Shown here: one piece after another, positions 47,070 to 58,070 of the stretch
Position numbering within the stretch: position 1 is the stretch's first letter
How the letters are laid out: each line of letters opens with the position of its first letter
Source of the DNA: an uncultured Pseudomonadota bacterium
GTDB lineage: Bacteria; Pseudomonadota; Alphaproteobacteria; JACZXZ01
Length of the DNA: 64,000 nucleotides
Reading direction: 5' to 3'
Assembly (NCBI GenBank): GCA_963749075.1
Contig: CAVVLJ010000016.1
Location: forward strand, 224,001-288,000
Translations under genes and position numbers: made by a program
The notes under the pieces: model-generated
Database searches by the model: none
Told to the model about the DNA's origin: nothing
The model's input: only the letters and a program-made list of their open reading frames with translations

Positions 47070-49396
47070 GGATCGAGAAGGCGGCGGTCATCGGCGCCGG
47101 CGTGATGGGGAGCGGCATTGCCGCGCACATCGCCAACGCCGGGGTGCCCGTGCTGCTCCTCGACATCGTGCCGCCCGGCGCCAAGAGCCGCAGCCAGCTC
47201 GCGGAAGCCGCCGTCGCGCGCATGCTCAAGGCCGATCCCGCCCCCTTCATGTCCAAGTCCGCGGCGAGGTTGGTGACGGCGGGCAATCTCGAGGACGATC
47301 TCGGCAAGCTCGCGGACGCGGACTGGATCGTCGAGGCGGTGGTCGAGGACGCGGAGGTGAAGCGCGCGCTCTACGCCAAGCTCGAGGGTGCCCGCAAGGC
47401 GGGCTCGGCCGTCTCCTCCAACACCTCGACCATTCCGCTCGCCAAGCTCACGGAGGGCCTGCCCAGATCCTTCGCCAAGGACTTCCTCATCACCCATTTC
47501 TTCAATCCGCCGCGCTACATGCGCCTCCTCGAGCTCGTCACCGGCAGCACCACGCGCAAGACGGCCGCGGACGCGGTCCGGCGCTTCGCCGACGAGCGCC
47601 TCGGCAAGGGGGTCGTCGCCTGCAAGGACACGCCAGGCTTCATCGCCAACCGCATCGGCACGCTCTGGCTCCAGCTCGCCGTCGCGAGCGCCGTCGAGAT
47701 GGGCCTCACGGTCGAGGAGGCGGACGCGGTCGCAGGAAGGCCCATGGGCATCCCCAAGACGGGGGTCTTCGGCCTCCTCGACCTCGTCGGCATCGACCTC
47801 ATGCCCCATGTGGCGGCGAGCATGCTGGCCTCGCTGCCCGAGGGCGACATGTACCGCGGCGTCTACCGCGAGTTCCCTCTCGTGAAGAAGATGATCGCGG
47901 AGGGCTATACCGGGCGCAAGGGCAAGGGCGGCTTCTACCGGCTCGCGCGCAACGAGGGCGGCGAGCGCGTCAAGGAGGCGATCGATCTCGCAAGCGGGAC
48001 CTACGCGCCGTCGCACAGGGTGCACCTCGAGAGCGTCGAGGCGGCGCGCAAGGGGAAGCTCCGCGCCCTCGTCGAGCATCCCGACAAGGGCGGCCGCTAT
48101 GCCTGGCGCGTGCTCAGCCACGTGCTCGCCTATGCCGCCTCGCTGGTGCCCGAGATCGCCGACACGATCGCCGCGGTCGACGAGGCGATGCGGCTCGGCT
48201 ACGCCTGGCGCTACGGGCCGTTCGAGCTCATCGACCAGCTCGGGAGCGCCTGGCTCGCCGAGCGGCTCGCCGCCTCCGGCATGGCCGTGCCGCCGCTCCT
48301 CGAGCGCGCGGCAGGGCGGCCCTTCTACCGCACCGAGGCTGGCAAGCTGCAATATCTCACGACCGCGGGCGATTATGCCGAGCTCGTGCGGCCGGCGGGC
48401 GTGCTCCTCCTCGCGGACGTGAAGCGCGCCTCCCAGCCGCTCCTCAAGAACGGCTCGGCCTCGCTGTGGGACATCGGCGACGGCGTCGTCTGCCTCGAGT
48501 TCCACAGCAAGATGAACGCCATGGATCCCGACATCCTCGATCTCGTCCAGAAGACGATCAAGCTGGTGAAGGAGAAGTACAAGGCGCTCGTCATCCACAA
48601 CGAGGCCGATAACTTCTCAGTCGGCGCCAACATCGGCCTGGCACTCTTCGCCGCCAACGTGGCCCTCTGGCCCGCCATCGAGGAGATGGTGGCCAAGGGC
48701 CAGGCGACCTACAAGGCGCTCAAATACGCGCCCTTCCCGGTGGTGGCAGCTCCTGCGGGCATGGCGCTCGGCGGCGGCTGCGAGATCCTCCTCCATTCGA
48801 GCGCCGTGCAGGCCCATGCCGAGACCTACGCCGGCCTCGTCGAGGTGGGGGTCGGCCTGGTGCCGGGGTGGGGCGGCTGCAAGGAGGTGCTGACGCGCTG
48901 GCTCTTCAATCCGAAGCGGCCGGGCGGGCCGATGCCGGCCATCGCCAAGGCCTTCGAGATGATCGGCACCGCGCAAGTTGCAAAGTCGGCCTTCGAGGCC
49001 CGGGAGATGCTGCTGTTGCGCGAGGGCGACGGCATCACCATGAACCGCGACCGCCTCTTGGCCGACGCCAAGGCCAGGGCGCTCAAGCTCGCTCGGCGCT
49101 ACAAGCCTCCCGAGCCGCCCAGGGAGATCCGCCTCCCCGGCCCGACCGCCAAGGCAGCACTCGAGCTCGCGGTCGACGGCTTCCGCCACCAGGGCAAGGC
49201 GACGCCGCACGACGTGACCGTCTCTCGCGAGCTCGCGACCGTCCTCAGCGGCGGGGCGACCGACATCACCGACACGCTCGGCGAGGACGATCTCACCAAG
49301 CTCGAGCGCCAGGCCTTCATGACGCTGATCCGCACGGAAGGCACGCTGCAGCGCATCGAGCACATGCTCGAGACCGGCAAACCTTTGAGGAACTAG
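47066..49396 (+). CDS. 3-hydroxyacyl-CoA dehydrogenase / enoyl-CoA hydratase (FadN-type)
   Basis: GTG 47066; GAGVMGSGIA, SSNTS, HFFNPPRYM, DTPGFIANRIG, ALGGGCE, TGKPLRN. Confidence 0.94.
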   Translation: MRIEKAAVIGAGVMGSGIAAHIANAGVPVLLLDIVPPGAKSRSQLAEAAVARMLKADPAPFMSKSAARLVTAGNLEDDLGKLADADWIVEAVVEDAEVKRALYAKLEGARKAGSAVSSNTSTIPLAKLTEGLPRSFAKDFLITHFFNPPRYMRLLELVTGSTTRKTAADAVRRFADERLGKGVVACKDTPGFIANRIGTLWLQLAVASAVEMGLTVEEADAVAGRPMGIPKTGVFGLLDLVGIDLMPHVAASMLASLPEGDMYRGVYREFPLVKKMIAEGYTGRKGKGGFYRLARNEGGERVKEAIDLASGTYAPSHRVHLESVEAARKGKLRALVEHPDKGGRYAWRVLSHVLAYAASLVPEIADTIAAVDEAMRLGYAWRYGPFELIDQLGSAWLAERLAASGMAVPPLLERAAGRPFYRTEAGKLQYLTTAGDYAELVRPAGVLLLADVKRASQPLLKNGSASLWDIGDGVVCLEFHSKMNAMDPDILDLVQKTIKLVKEKYKALVIHNEADNFSVGANIGLALFAANVALWPAIEEMVAKGQATYKALKYAPFPVVAAPAGMALGGGCEILLHSSAVQAHAETYAGLVEVGVGLVPGWGGCKEVLTRWLFNPKRPGGPMPAIAKAFEMIGTAQVAKSAFEAREMLLLREGDGITMNRDRLLADAKARALKLARRYKPPEPPREIRLPGPTAKAALELAVDGFRHQGKATPHDVTVSRELATVLSGGATDITDTLGEDDLTKLERQAFMTLIRTEGTLQRIEHMLETGKPLRN

Positions 49397-50530
49397 TGTA
49401 CCGGCACTAACAAAAGGATTCCCTGAGTTGCGCGGGGATGCGAATCTCGGGGCATGGAAGGTGGATGTTGCATCTGGCTATCTCCCGAGGACCGGGGTCG
49501 GTTGGACGGCTGGGTAGCGGGCCGGAACACGCCACAGAAGCTGGCGTGGCGGGCGCGGATCGTGCTGATGTGGGCTGCCGGAGCCGGCGTGACGGCGATT
49601 GTGCGGGCGACCGGCAAGACCAAGAAGACCGCCTATCGCTGGCGCGCCCGCTACGTCGAGCGCGGCGTTCGGGGGCTTGAGCGCGATGCCAGCCGGCCTG
49701 GCCGTAAGAAGCCGTTGAGCGCGGCGGTGATTGAGCGGGTGGTTGCTATGACGCTGCACGAGACGCCGCCGGCGGCCACGCAGTGGAGCGCGCGCAGCCT
49801 TGCCCGGGCGGTCGGGCTGAGCCACACAAGCGTGCAGCGCATCTGGGCCGCCCACGGCCTCAAGCCGCATCTGGCGAAGACGTTCAAGCTGTCCAACGAC
49901 AAGCAGTTCGTCGACAAGGTTGTGGATGTCGTTGGCCTCTATTTGACCCCGCCGGACAAGGCTCTCGTGCTCTCGGTCGATGAGAAGAGCCAGATCCAAG
50001 CGCTTGACCGGACGCAACCGGGCTTGCCAATGAAGAAGGGGCGGGCCGGAACGATGACCCACGACTACAAGCGCCACGGCACGACGACCTTGTTCGCCGC
50101 GCTCGACGTCGCCACCGGTCAAGTGATCGGGCGATGCATGAAGCGGCATCGCCACCAGGAATGGCGGCGTTTCCTGCGCACCATCGACCGCAGCACACCC
50201 AAGGCGCTCGCGCTGCACCTGATCGCCGACAATTACGCCACCCATAAGCACCCGGCGGTCAAAGCGTGGTTGGCCAAGCATCCCCGCTTCCACATGCACT
50301 TCACCCCGACTTCGGCATCTTGGCTCAACCAAGTCGAACGCTTTTTCGCCCTGATCACTGAGGACCGCATCCGCCGCGGCGTCTTCAAAAGCGTCGGCGA
50401 ACTCGAAGCCGCCATTCAAGACTACTTGGAGCATCACAATGCCGATCCAAAACCCTTCGTGTGGACTGCCCCCGCCGCCGATATCCTGCAAAAGGTCGCC
50501 CGGGGGTGACAAACTTTAGTGCCGGTACAC
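49396..50530 (+). mobile_element. IS630-family insertion sequence
   Basis: IRs GTGTACCGGCACTAA / TTAGTGCCGGTACAC flanked by TA (49394-5, 50531-2) in CTAG contexts. Confidence 0.93.
49454..50509 (+). CDS. IS630 transposase
   Basis: [51 protein letters not shown]. Confidence 0.95.
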   Translation: MEGGCCIWLSPEDRGRLDGWVAGRNTPQKLAWRARIVLMWAAGAGVTAIVRATGKTKKTAYRWRARYVERGVRGLERDASRPGRKKPLSAAVIERVVAMTLHETPPAATQWSARSLARAVGLSHTSVQRIWAAHGLKPHLAKTFKLSNDKQFVDKVVDVVGLYLTPPDKALVLSVDEKSQIQALDRTQPGLPMKKGRAGTMTHDYKRHGTTTLFAALDVATGQVIGRCMKRHRHQEWRRFLRTIDRSTPKALALHLIADNYATHKHPAVKAWLAKHPRFHMHFTPTSASWLNQVERFFALITEDRIRRGVFKSVGELEAAIQDYLEHHNADPKPFVWTAPAADILQKVARG

Positions 50531-50533
50531 TAG

Positions 50534-50820
50534 CGTTAGCGAAGAAGTTGAGGCATTCGGCCGGCTGGAAGCGGTCGAGCAGTTTTCCGATGCGCTGCCA
50601 GAGAGCGTCCAGCGAGCGCTCCTGGGCCTTGCGAAGATGGGCCTTGAGCTTCGCGAAGGCCTGCTCGATGGGATTGAGATCGGGCGAGTAGGGCGGCAGG
50701 TAGCGCAGCTCGGCTCTCGCCGCTTCGACGAGCTCGCGAACCTCGTCATTCTTGTGGGCCGACAGATTGTCCATGACGACGATGTCGCCGGGCTTCAAGG
50801 TTGGAACGAGGCATTGCTGG
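50534..50820 (-). pseudogene. IS630-family transposase C-terminal remnant (different subfamily)
   Basis: [49 protein letters not shown], cut by the IS630 right end. Confidence 0.85.
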
Positions 50821-51143
50821 AGCGCGGTCGACCGCCGGCCGATGAGGAGGCCGGTCTCCTCGAAGGTCTCGCGTAGCGCCGTTCTGGCAAGCGCGAGGAG
50901 CCAAGGCCGATGTTCGAAACCAGCGGCATTGGGCTCGCCGAGCCAACAGCGCCGGTCGGAGGGATGAATGCGGCCGCCGGGAAAGACGTATTGTCCTGCC
51001 ATGAAACGCGCGCTGCCGCCGCGTTGGCCAAGCAGCACCTCGAGCCCGGTGTGCCCCTCGCGGACAAGCACAAGGCTTGCCGCCTACCTAGGACGCGACG
51101 GCCGATCTCTTGGCTCTGGGGCGAGAAGGCCGTTCACGCTCAT
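50821..51143 (-). pseudogene. NUDIX hydrolase, nonsense-disrupted and 3'-truncated
   Basis: [35 protein letters not shown]; TAG at 51084-51086; fused to the transposase remnant. Confidence 0.8.
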
Positions 51144-51781
51144 ACGCTCCCTATCTTGATCGGCATCACCCAGAATAGTCGGAAATAGCCCCGAGTCCTA
51201 CTCGCCCCCGTTTTCCTGCCGCACGAGCAACCATCGAATTAGGCCGCCGCCGCTATGCCCCTGCACCATCTCTCCCTCGCGCTTCCGCAACGTCGGATTG
51301 AAGGCTTCAACATTTGCGATGACAAGGGAAAAATATGCATCACCGTGGCCTATAGGAACAAGCACGAAGCCGATGCTGCCGCGCAGACAATTCGCGAGGT
51401 TTTATCGGCCGCGATTTGGGCCGCCAGCACACCGTAGGTTGACAACAAGCAGGGACCAGCGGCGAGCACGGATAGACCGACAGGGCGGCGCCGCCAATGA
51501 GCGAGGATAGGCCGTGGGGGAACCCACCTCAATGCCTTCCTTGCCGCGCCGTCCTCTCCGAGCTCAAGAACCGCGTCGCCCTTGATGCAGCGGTCAACCA
51601 TGCAAAGGTCCATCCCAATCGACTGAGTATGAAATAGGGCTTTCGCACTGAGTCAGCCATTTTTAGTTACCAGGCTATGGTACGCAGTCTCCGGGCACCC
51701 ATGCATCAAAACTCCCTCTCCGACGCGGGCCAGCACCATGGCCGCAAGGCGAACTCCGGACGGCCGAAAGCCGCCTTGGCG

Positions 51782-52801
51782 TCAGGCGTGGTGACAGGCG
51801 ACGGACTGGCGCGAGCCCGAACGCGGCTCAAGCGCCGGTACGGCAACGGCGCACCGATCGGTTGCCAGCCAGCAACGCGTGCGGAAGCGGCAGCCGCTGG
51901 GTGGATCGGTCGAACGCGGAATTTCACCCGTGAGCACGCGAGGGTTCCGGCTGCGCTCAATGCTAGGGTCCGGAATGTTGGCGCTGTCGAGGAGCGCCTG
52001 GGTATAGGGATGTCTGGGTGAGCGCAGGACATCGTGTGCAGCGCCTATCTCCACGACGCGGCCCATATACATGACCGCGATGTCGTGCGCAACCTTCGCG
52101 ACCACAGCGAGGTCGTGCGACACGAAGACGTAGGACACCTCGAGCTCCGCCTGGAGTTCCCGCAGCAGGTTGATGACCTGAGCCTGAACCGAGACATCCA
52201 ACGCAGACACCGGCTCATCGCAGATGACGATGCGGCTGCGACGGACGAGCGCGCGGGCGATGCCGACCCGCTGTTGCTGTCCGCCCGAGAGCTCATGGGG
52301 ATAGCGCGCCGCGTCGCTCCTGTTGAGCCCGACGCGCTCAAGCATGTCGATCACCCGCTCGGCGCGTGCGCGCAAGGGGAGCTTCCGCTCGTTGATGTCG
52401 AGGGGCTCGCGCACGATGTCGCCGATTCGCATGCGGGGGTCAAGGGAGGTATAAGGCGACTGAAAGACCATCTGCACGTCGCGGAGAATGTTGCGCTGCG
52501 CAACTCCTCCGAGGGTGGAGAGCTCGACCCCGCACACCCAGATTGAGCCGGAGGTCGGCGTCAGCGTTCCGACCAACATGCGGGAAAGCGTGGACTTGCC
52601 GCAGCCGGATTCGCCGACGATACCGAGCGTCCGGCCGGGATCGAGCGTGATGCTCACGTCCCTGACCGCGTCCAGCATGAGCGGCGCGCGCGGCCATCGC
52701 TGCGGAATGGGGAATGTCTTGCCCAGCCCCTCCGTGCGCAGCACCGGCTTGACCGGAACCGACCGCGGCGTCGGGGACGGGGTCTCAGGCGCTGTGGACA
52801 C
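51782..52801 (-). CDS. Peptide ABC transporter ATP-binding protein (DppF/AppF-like)
   Basis: GESGCGKST, YPHELSGGQQQR, DEPVSALD, HPYT, C-terminal Cys cluster. Confidence 0.92.
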   Translation of the reverse strand: MSTAPETPSPTPRSVPVKPVLRTEGLGKTFPIPQRWPRAPLMLDAVRDVSITLDPGRTLGIVGESGCGKSTLSRMLVGTLTPTSGSIWVCGVELSTLGGVAQRNILRDVQMVFQSPYTSLDPRMRIGDIVREPLDINERKLPLRARAERVIDMLERVGLNRSDAARYPHELSGGQQQRVGIARALVRRSRIVICDEPVSALDVSVQAQVINLLRELQAELEVSYVFVSHDLAVVAKVAHDIAVMYMGRVVEIGAAHDVLRSPRHPYTQALLDSANIPDPSIERSRNPRVLTGEIPRSTDPPSGCRFRTRCWLATDRCAVAVPALEPRSGSRQSVACHHA

Positions 52802-53798
52802 CTGATAATCCCGTCGCGACAAAATGACAGGAGGCAAAGCGGCCGGCTCCCAGCGCGACGGCGCCGGGAGGCTCGACGACGCAGCGCCTTTCCGCCCTCG
52901 GGCACCTGGGGTGGAAGGGGCAGCCAGTCGGAAGTTGCTGCGGCGACGGCGGACTGCCGGGGATTGCTTGCAGCTCCAGCCCCTCGGTATCCAGCCTTGG
53001 TATGGCGTTGAGCAATGCCTGGGTATAAGGATGGGCGGGCCGGGCGAACACTTCACTCGTCTCTCCCGCCTCGGCCGCCTGTCCGGCATACATCACCAGC
53101 ATTCGATCCGCCATGCGCGCCACGACCCCCATGTCGTGGGTGATGATCAGAATCGACATGCCGAGCTCGCTCCGCAAACGCATCAGCAATTGTAGGATCT
53201 GAGCCTTGATGGTGGTGTCTAGCGCTGTAGTAGGCTCATCGGCGATGAGCAGGTCGGGCTGCAGGGCAAGCGCGATTGCGATGAGCACGCGCTGACACAT
53301 ACCGCCGGAAAACTGGTGTGGGTAATTGTTCACTCGCGCCCGCGGCGAGGGAATCCCGGTTAGGGCCAGGAGGCGCGCCGCCTCCTCCATCGCGGCGGAT
53401 TTGCGGATGCCTCGGTGAACCATGAGCGTTTCCGCGATCTGGTAGCCGACCGTCGTGCACGGGTTGAGGCTAGCAAGCGCGTCCTGGCCGATCAGCGCCA
53501 TGCGCTCGCCGCAGATGCGTCGGCGCGCTCGCCTGGGCAGGGTCTGTATGAGCTGGTCGTCGAGCCGGATTTCGCCGCTCACCTCGACAGACGCCGGCAA
53601 AAGCCCCATGACTGCGAGCGCCATTGTCGATTTGCCGCAGCCGAACTCACCGACCACCGCAAAAATCTCCCCGCGCGCGATCTCGAGGCTGATACCTCTC
53701 ACGGCGTGCACCGGGCCCGCCCGCGACTTGAACACGACGTTCAGGTCGCGGACGGAAAGGGTCATCCCTACGTTGCGGCGGATGGCGAAAGCGTTCAC
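52785..53798 (-). CDS. Peptide ABC transporter ATP-binding protein (DppD/AppD-like)
   Basis: GEFGCGKST, YPHQFSGGMCQR, DEPTTALD, ITHDMG, GCPFHPRC. Confidence 0.92.
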   Translation of the reverse strand: MNAFAIRRNVGMTLSVRDLNVVFKSRAGPVHAVRGISLEIARGEIFAVVGEFGCGKSTMALAVMGLLPASVEVSGEIRLDDQLIQTLPRRARRRICGERMALIGQDALASLNPCTTVGYQIAETLMVHRGIRKSAAMEEAARLLALTGIPSPRARVNNYPHQFSGGMCQRVLIAIALALQPDLLIADEPTTALDTTIKAQILQLLMRLRSELGMSILIITHDMGVVARMADRMLVMYAGQAAEAGETSEVFARPAHPYTQALLNAIPRLDTEGLELQAIPGSPPSPQQLPTGCPFHPRCPRAERRCVVEPPGAVALGAGRFASCHFVATGLSGVHSA

Positions 53799-55378
53799 TT
53801 AGCGCTTACTTTTATTCCGGCTAGGTCCAAGTTCTCCCCATAGTCCGCATCCCAATCGAATTTCTTCGAGAACCCATAGATGGCTGCCGCCTGCCAGACC
53901 GCGGCCACATAGTACTGGTCATGGACGAGCACCTGAGCCTGCCGCCAATATGCCGTGCGCTGCTTCGCGTCCATTTCGGCACCAGCCAAGTCGGCCAGAT
54001 GATCATAGTTGGGGTCGTTCGTGACCGACAGTGACGAATTGGATTTGAGGAAGGAGTTCATCTTGCTGGCGTCGCCCTCGCCGAAGTCCCAGCCGATAAT
54101 GTAGAACGGCCCGGCACTGCGGGTCATCATCAGACCGACGAGGCGACCCCACTCCATCGTCTGCGGCCTGACGGTGAAGCCGACGGCGGCCAATTGCGCG
54201 TTGATCGCCTGATAGATCTCGCGGTCCTCGACGTAGCGCCCGTCGGACGTATAGGTGTTCAGCTCGACTGGACCATGTGCGGCAAGCAGCTTTTTCGAGA
54301 GCGCCGGGTCGTAGCTGTAGGGCTGGATCGAGTGGTCGAACTGGACCACGTTGGGGCCAAGCGGCGGCCCTAGGACGCGGCCGTACTTGCCCAACAAATT
54401 GGCGACGATGCTCCTTATGTCGATGGCATGGGCGAAGGCCTTGCGGACGTTGATGTCGTTGAACGGCGGCTTGCGCGAGTCGACGACCAGCGTATGGACG
54501 AGGCCATCGGGGCTGGCGACGATATGGGCATTGGCGGACTTCTCGATCCTGGGCACATCGGAGATCGGCACGCGCTGGATCACGTCCACCTCGCCCTGAA
54601 GCAGCGCATTCACACGGGTCGAGTTCTCCGGAATAAAGGTCACAACACCCTCGGAGGCATCGGGAGCGGAGCCCCAATAATCGGGGTTGCGGGCGAGCGT
54701 GAGGGATATGCCTTTCCGCCATTCCGTCAGTTTGTAGGGACCGGTGCCCATCGGGTGGTCGTTCACGTCCTGCTTGCTGTGGCTCTCGAAGTAGGCCTTG
54801 GAGACGATAAAGACGCGTCCGCTCCCGCCGATCGGCTGCATCCTGCGGACGAGAAGCGGGTCCGGTTGCTTGGTCTCAATGTCGACGGTGCGATCGTCGA
54901 CGACGACGACCTTTGCGATCGAGGCGATCTGCGAGAAATGCGGCGAATTGATCGATGGGTCGAGGATTCGCTCGATCGAGTATTTGACGTCGTTGGCCGT
55001 GAACGGCGTGCCGTCCTGGAACTTGATGCCGGAGCGAAGCTTGAACTCCCATATCGTGGGCGATTTCAACTCGTAGGACTCGGCCAAATTCGGTTGGAGT
55101 GCCCCGGTCTTCGGATCGAGCTTGAGCAACGTTTCGTAGATTTGGCTGATAACGGCGAGGTCGGGACCGTTGGCGGTTCGCGCGGGATCGAGGAGGTCGA
55201 TGCCGCCGCTCATCGCGATGCGAACCTGAACCGGCTTGGCGGTCCCACTTGCGGCGAGCGTCGCCGCGCGGGTCGCCGGGCCCGCCGCCACAGCGAGGGC
55301 GGAGAAAAGCGCCAGGCCGAGCAAGGCGCGACCTAGGCCATGGCGGAGGGTTGCGGATTTATGCTTCGGCGCTCTCAT
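53795..55378 (-). CDS. Peptide/nickel ABC substrate-binding protein (family 5)
   Basis: Signal peptide, LDP, F.LR.GIKFQDGTPFTANDVKYS, GTGPYKL, PFNDINVRKA. Confidence 0.92.
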   Translation of the reverse strand: MRAPKHKSATLRHGLGRALLGLALFSALAVAAGPATRAATLAASGTAKPVQVRIAMSGGIDLLDPARTANGPDLAVISQIYETLLKLDPKTGALQPNLAESYELKSPTIWEFKLRSGIKFQDGTPFTANDVKYSIERILDPSINSPHFSQIASIAKVVVVDDRTVDIETKQPDPLLVRRMQPIGGSGRVFIVSKAYFESHSKQDVNDHPMGTGPYKLTEWRKGISLTLARNPDYWGSAPDASEGVVTFIPENSTRVNALLQGEVDVIQRVPISDVPRIEKSANAHIVASPDGLVHTLVVDSRKPPFNDINVRKAFAHAIDIRSIVANLLGKYGRVLGPPLGPNVVQFDHSIQPYSYDPALSKKLLAAHGPVELNTYTSDGRYVEDREIYQAINAQLAAVGFTVRPQTMEWGRLVGLMMTRSAGPFYIIGWDFGEGDASKMNSFLKSNSSLSVTNDPNYDHLADLAGAEMDAKQRTAYWRQAQVLVHDQYYVAAVWQAAAIYGFSKKFDWDADYGENLDLAGIKVSAK

Positions 55379-55439
55379 GTGCGTGCTCCTCCCTTGTATT
55401 GCGCTGTCGGCGTCGCACGGCGAGCGGCGCCCGCGCGGT

Positions 55440-56321
55440 TTACTGCAGCGTGAGCTTCGGGTCGGCGTAGTCCCGTAACTGCTCGCCGATCACGTTGACG
55501 GCGAGGACAAGCAGAAAGATGCAAACGCCGGGGCACGCCGTCAGCCACCAGGCTGTATCCATGTAGTCGCGCCCTTCGCTCAGCATTCGTCCCCAGGTGG
55601 GCGTCTCCGTCGGGACGCCGAGGCCGACAAAGCTGAGGCCGCTCTCCATCACGATTGCGGTGCCGAGGGCGAAGGTCGACAGCACAAGCGCGTTTGGTAT
55701 GACGTTCGGGAGAACGTGCCGCAGCAGCATGCGCGTGTTGGTGCCGCGCATGACACGGACGGCCTCGATGAATTCCAGCCCGCGAATCTTCACGGTGTCC
55801 GAATAGGCCACTCGGGCGAACGGGACCCAGCTGCCCATAGCGATCACCATGATTACCAGCGGAACGCTGGGCCGCAGGATGCCCACGACGGTGATGGCCA
55901 GAAGGAAGAATGGAAAGGCGAGCTGGATGTTCGTGAGGTAAAGGAGAAAATCCGCAGAGCGACCGCCGTGGAAACCGGCGCCGATCCCTGAGAGCACACC
56001 GATGACCGCAGCGCTCGCCACGGCGCTGATCGAGACGAGCAGGGCAGGTCTCGCGCCCATGATGACCAACGAGAGGACATCGCGGCCGAGGCCGTCCGTC
56101 CCGAGCAGGTAGCGCCCGTGCTGGCCGAGCGAGCCTGGCGGCAGAAGCCGGTTGCCGAGATGCTGGATATCCGCGTCGTAAGGGACGAGATGGCTACCGG
56201 CGAGCGCGGCAAGGACAATCACCGCCAGCACCAGACCCGCGATCCCGGCCGCGATCGGCTGCGCCAGAGCGCGACGATAGCGGCTGCGTGCCCCGGGCCG
56301 GCCGGCGAGCTCGATGCTCAC
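55440..56321 (-). CDS. Peptide ABC permease (DppC-like)
   Basis: LLGTDGLGRD, RHVLPN, ESGLSFVGLG, WGRML. Confidence 0.92.
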   Translation of the reverse strand: MSIELAGRPGARSRYRRALAQPIAAGIAGLVLAVIVLAALAGSHLVPYDADIQHLGNRLLPPGSLGQHGRYLLGTDGLGRDVLSLVIMGARPALLVSISAVASAAVIGVLSGIGAGFHGGRSADFLLYLTNIQLAFPFFLLAITVVGILRPSVPLVIMVIAMGSWVPFARVAYSDTVKIRGLEFIEAVRVMRGTNTRMLLRHVLPNVIPNALVLSTFALGTAIVMESGLSFVGLGVPTETPTWGRMLSEGRDYMDTAWWLTACPGVCIFLLVLAVNVIGEQLRDYADPKLTLQ

Positions 56322-57235
56322 GACTGCCTCAGCTTGGGATAGGCTACCCGCATGGCTATTTCGGCGAGCACCGTGATGGCCACGAACATGACTGCGACAT
56401 AGGCGACGATGCCTTGGACGACCGGGAAGTCGCGCCGCTGGATCGAGCCCACGGCCAACCGTCCGATCCCCGGCCAGGAAAACACCGTTTCGGTCAGGAC
56501 GGCGCCCCCGAATAGCGTCCCAATCTCCAATGCCAGCAGGGCGAGGACAGGTACAAGGCCATTGCGCAGGAGCGTTCTGAAGATGACCCGATGCTCCGGC
56601 ATGCCCTTGGCCCGCGCCGCGGTGATGAATCCGGAAGGGAGCACGTCGAGCATGGATGATCGAGTAAGCCGGGCGACTCTCGGAAACACGTAAAGCGCAA
56701 GCGTAAAGGCTGGTAAAACGAGGTGATCAACTCCTCCGATGCCGTAGGTCGGAAACCAATCGAGCTCGACCGCGAACACTTGGATCAACAGCAGGCCCAG
56801 CCAGAAGGACGGCATGGCGGCGCCGGCGACGCTGGTGACCTGGACCGCGCGATCGAGAACCCCGCCGCGCCACACGGCGGCCATGACGCCCAGGGGAACC
56901 GCCAGCAGTACGATAAGCACGAGCGACGTTCCCGCAAGAGCCAGCGTATTCGGAAGCTGCCTCGCGATGATGGCGCTGACGCTATCGCCGTCGAAGTACG
57001 ACTGCCCAAAGTTGCCGCGCGCAGCATCAAGGAGATAGCGCAGATATTGCTCGGCGACCGGCCGATCCAGCCCCAGGTCCCGCCTGAGCGCCTCGCGTTG
57101 CGCCGCCGTCGCGTCTTGCGGCAGGATGATACTCGTCGGATCGCCGCTGATGCGAACCATGGCGAACGTCAAGGTGACCGCCGTCAGCACGACGAGGAGG
57201 CCCAAAGCGATCTGCTTTGCGATCAGGCGAAGCAC
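56318..57235 (-). CDS. Peptide ABC permease (DppB-like)
   Basis: GLDRP..QY, MPSFWLG, ARAKG, ETVFSWPGIG, RDFPVVQG. Confidence 0.92.
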   Translation of the reverse strand: MLRLIAKQIALGLLVVLTAVTLTFAMVRISGDPTSIILPQDATAAQREALRRDLGLDRPVAEQYLRYLLDAARGNFGQSYFDGDSVSAIIARQLPNTLALAGTSLVLIVLLAVPLGVMAAVWRGGVLDRAVQVTSVAGAAMPSFWLGLLLIQVFAVELDWFPTYGIGGVDHLVLPAFTLALYVFPRVARLTRSSMLDVLPSGFITAARAKGMPEHRVIFRTLLRNGLVPVLALLALEIGTLFGGAVLTETVFSWPGIGRLAVGSIQRRDFPVVQGIVAYVAVMFVAITVLAEIAMRVAYPKLRQS

Positions 57236-57239
57236 GGCT

Positions 57240-58070
57240 CTAGCGATCTCCTTTGCCGGGCGTGGTCTCTTTGAAGTGGTTTGTCCGCCACTTAATGCCT
57301 GCACTCGGGCTTTCCCCGAGCACGCGGCGCTGGAACTCTGAACGTGCCGGGTCCTCGATGTAAGACAGGTAGGCTGTGGCCTCCACCCACGCGTTGATGT
57401 GCGGAACCATGCCCATCGCCTCATAGGCCCGATTGATGCCCACCTTGGCGAGCGTCACGGCCGCCGGCGGCAGCCGGCGGAACGTGTCGGCTAGCGATGC
57501 GACGTGCGCGTCCAAATCGCCGTCGGGCACGACCTTCGTCACCAGGTCCATTTTATGGGCTTCCTCGGCCGTGAACTGCCGACCCGTCAGCAGGATGTCC
57601 TTCGCGACCCTGTGGTTGACCATCCACGGCACCATCATGAAGGCCGGTCCGACGCCCATCAGGACTTCCGGCTCGCCGAGCCGACAGCTCTCCGTCGCGA
57701 TCACAAAGTCGCACGGCAGAACGAGCTCGAAGGCGCCGCCCAAACAATAGCCGTGTATCCCGGCAATCACGGGCTTGCGGCAGTTCCACACCGCCCACCG
57801 GGCCTTGTTCGCGACGCCGTGGATCAGCGACAAATGCTCCTCGTGGCTCTTCTCGCCCATCTCCAGCGCGAGGTCGAAGCCCGAGGAGAACGCCCTGCCT
57901 TTTCCGCGCAGGACCACGGCACGACAATTGGAGTCGTTGCTGGCGTCATCGACGAGCCGACCGATAAACGCGTAAATTTCGGGCGTCAGCGCGTTCAGCT
58001 TCTCGGGGCGGTTAAGCGTTATGTAGAGGACCCTGTCGTGGAGTTCATGAAGCGGGAGTTCCTTATTCAT
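57240..58070 (-). CDS. Enoyl-CoA hydratase/isomerase family protein
   Basis: ITLNRPEKLNAL, FSSGFDL, GYCLGGAFEL, LGEPE. Confidence 0.9.
   Translation of the reverse strand: MNKELPLHELHDRVLYITLNRPEKLNALTPEIYAFIGRLVDDASNDSNCRAVVLRGKGRAFSSGFDLALEMGEKSHEEHLSLIHGVANKARWAVWNCRKPVIAGIHGYCLGGAFELVLPCDFVIATESCRLGEPEVLMGVGPAFMMVPWMVNHRVAKDILLTGRQFTAEEAHKMDLVTKVVPDGDLDAHVASLADTFRRLPPAAVTLAKVGINRAYEAMGMVPHINAWVEATAYLSYIEDPARSEFQRRVLGESPSAGIKWRTNHFKETTPGKGDR

Noticed and set aside
50385-51071. NUDIX-transposase fusion as a new functional protein
   Set aside because: Both parts are truncated, the NUDIX has an upstream nonsense codon and the tail reads into the IS630 antisense strand.
51255-51437. 60-aa ORF in the island
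   Set aside because: No SD or motif recognised; cannot support or exclude it.
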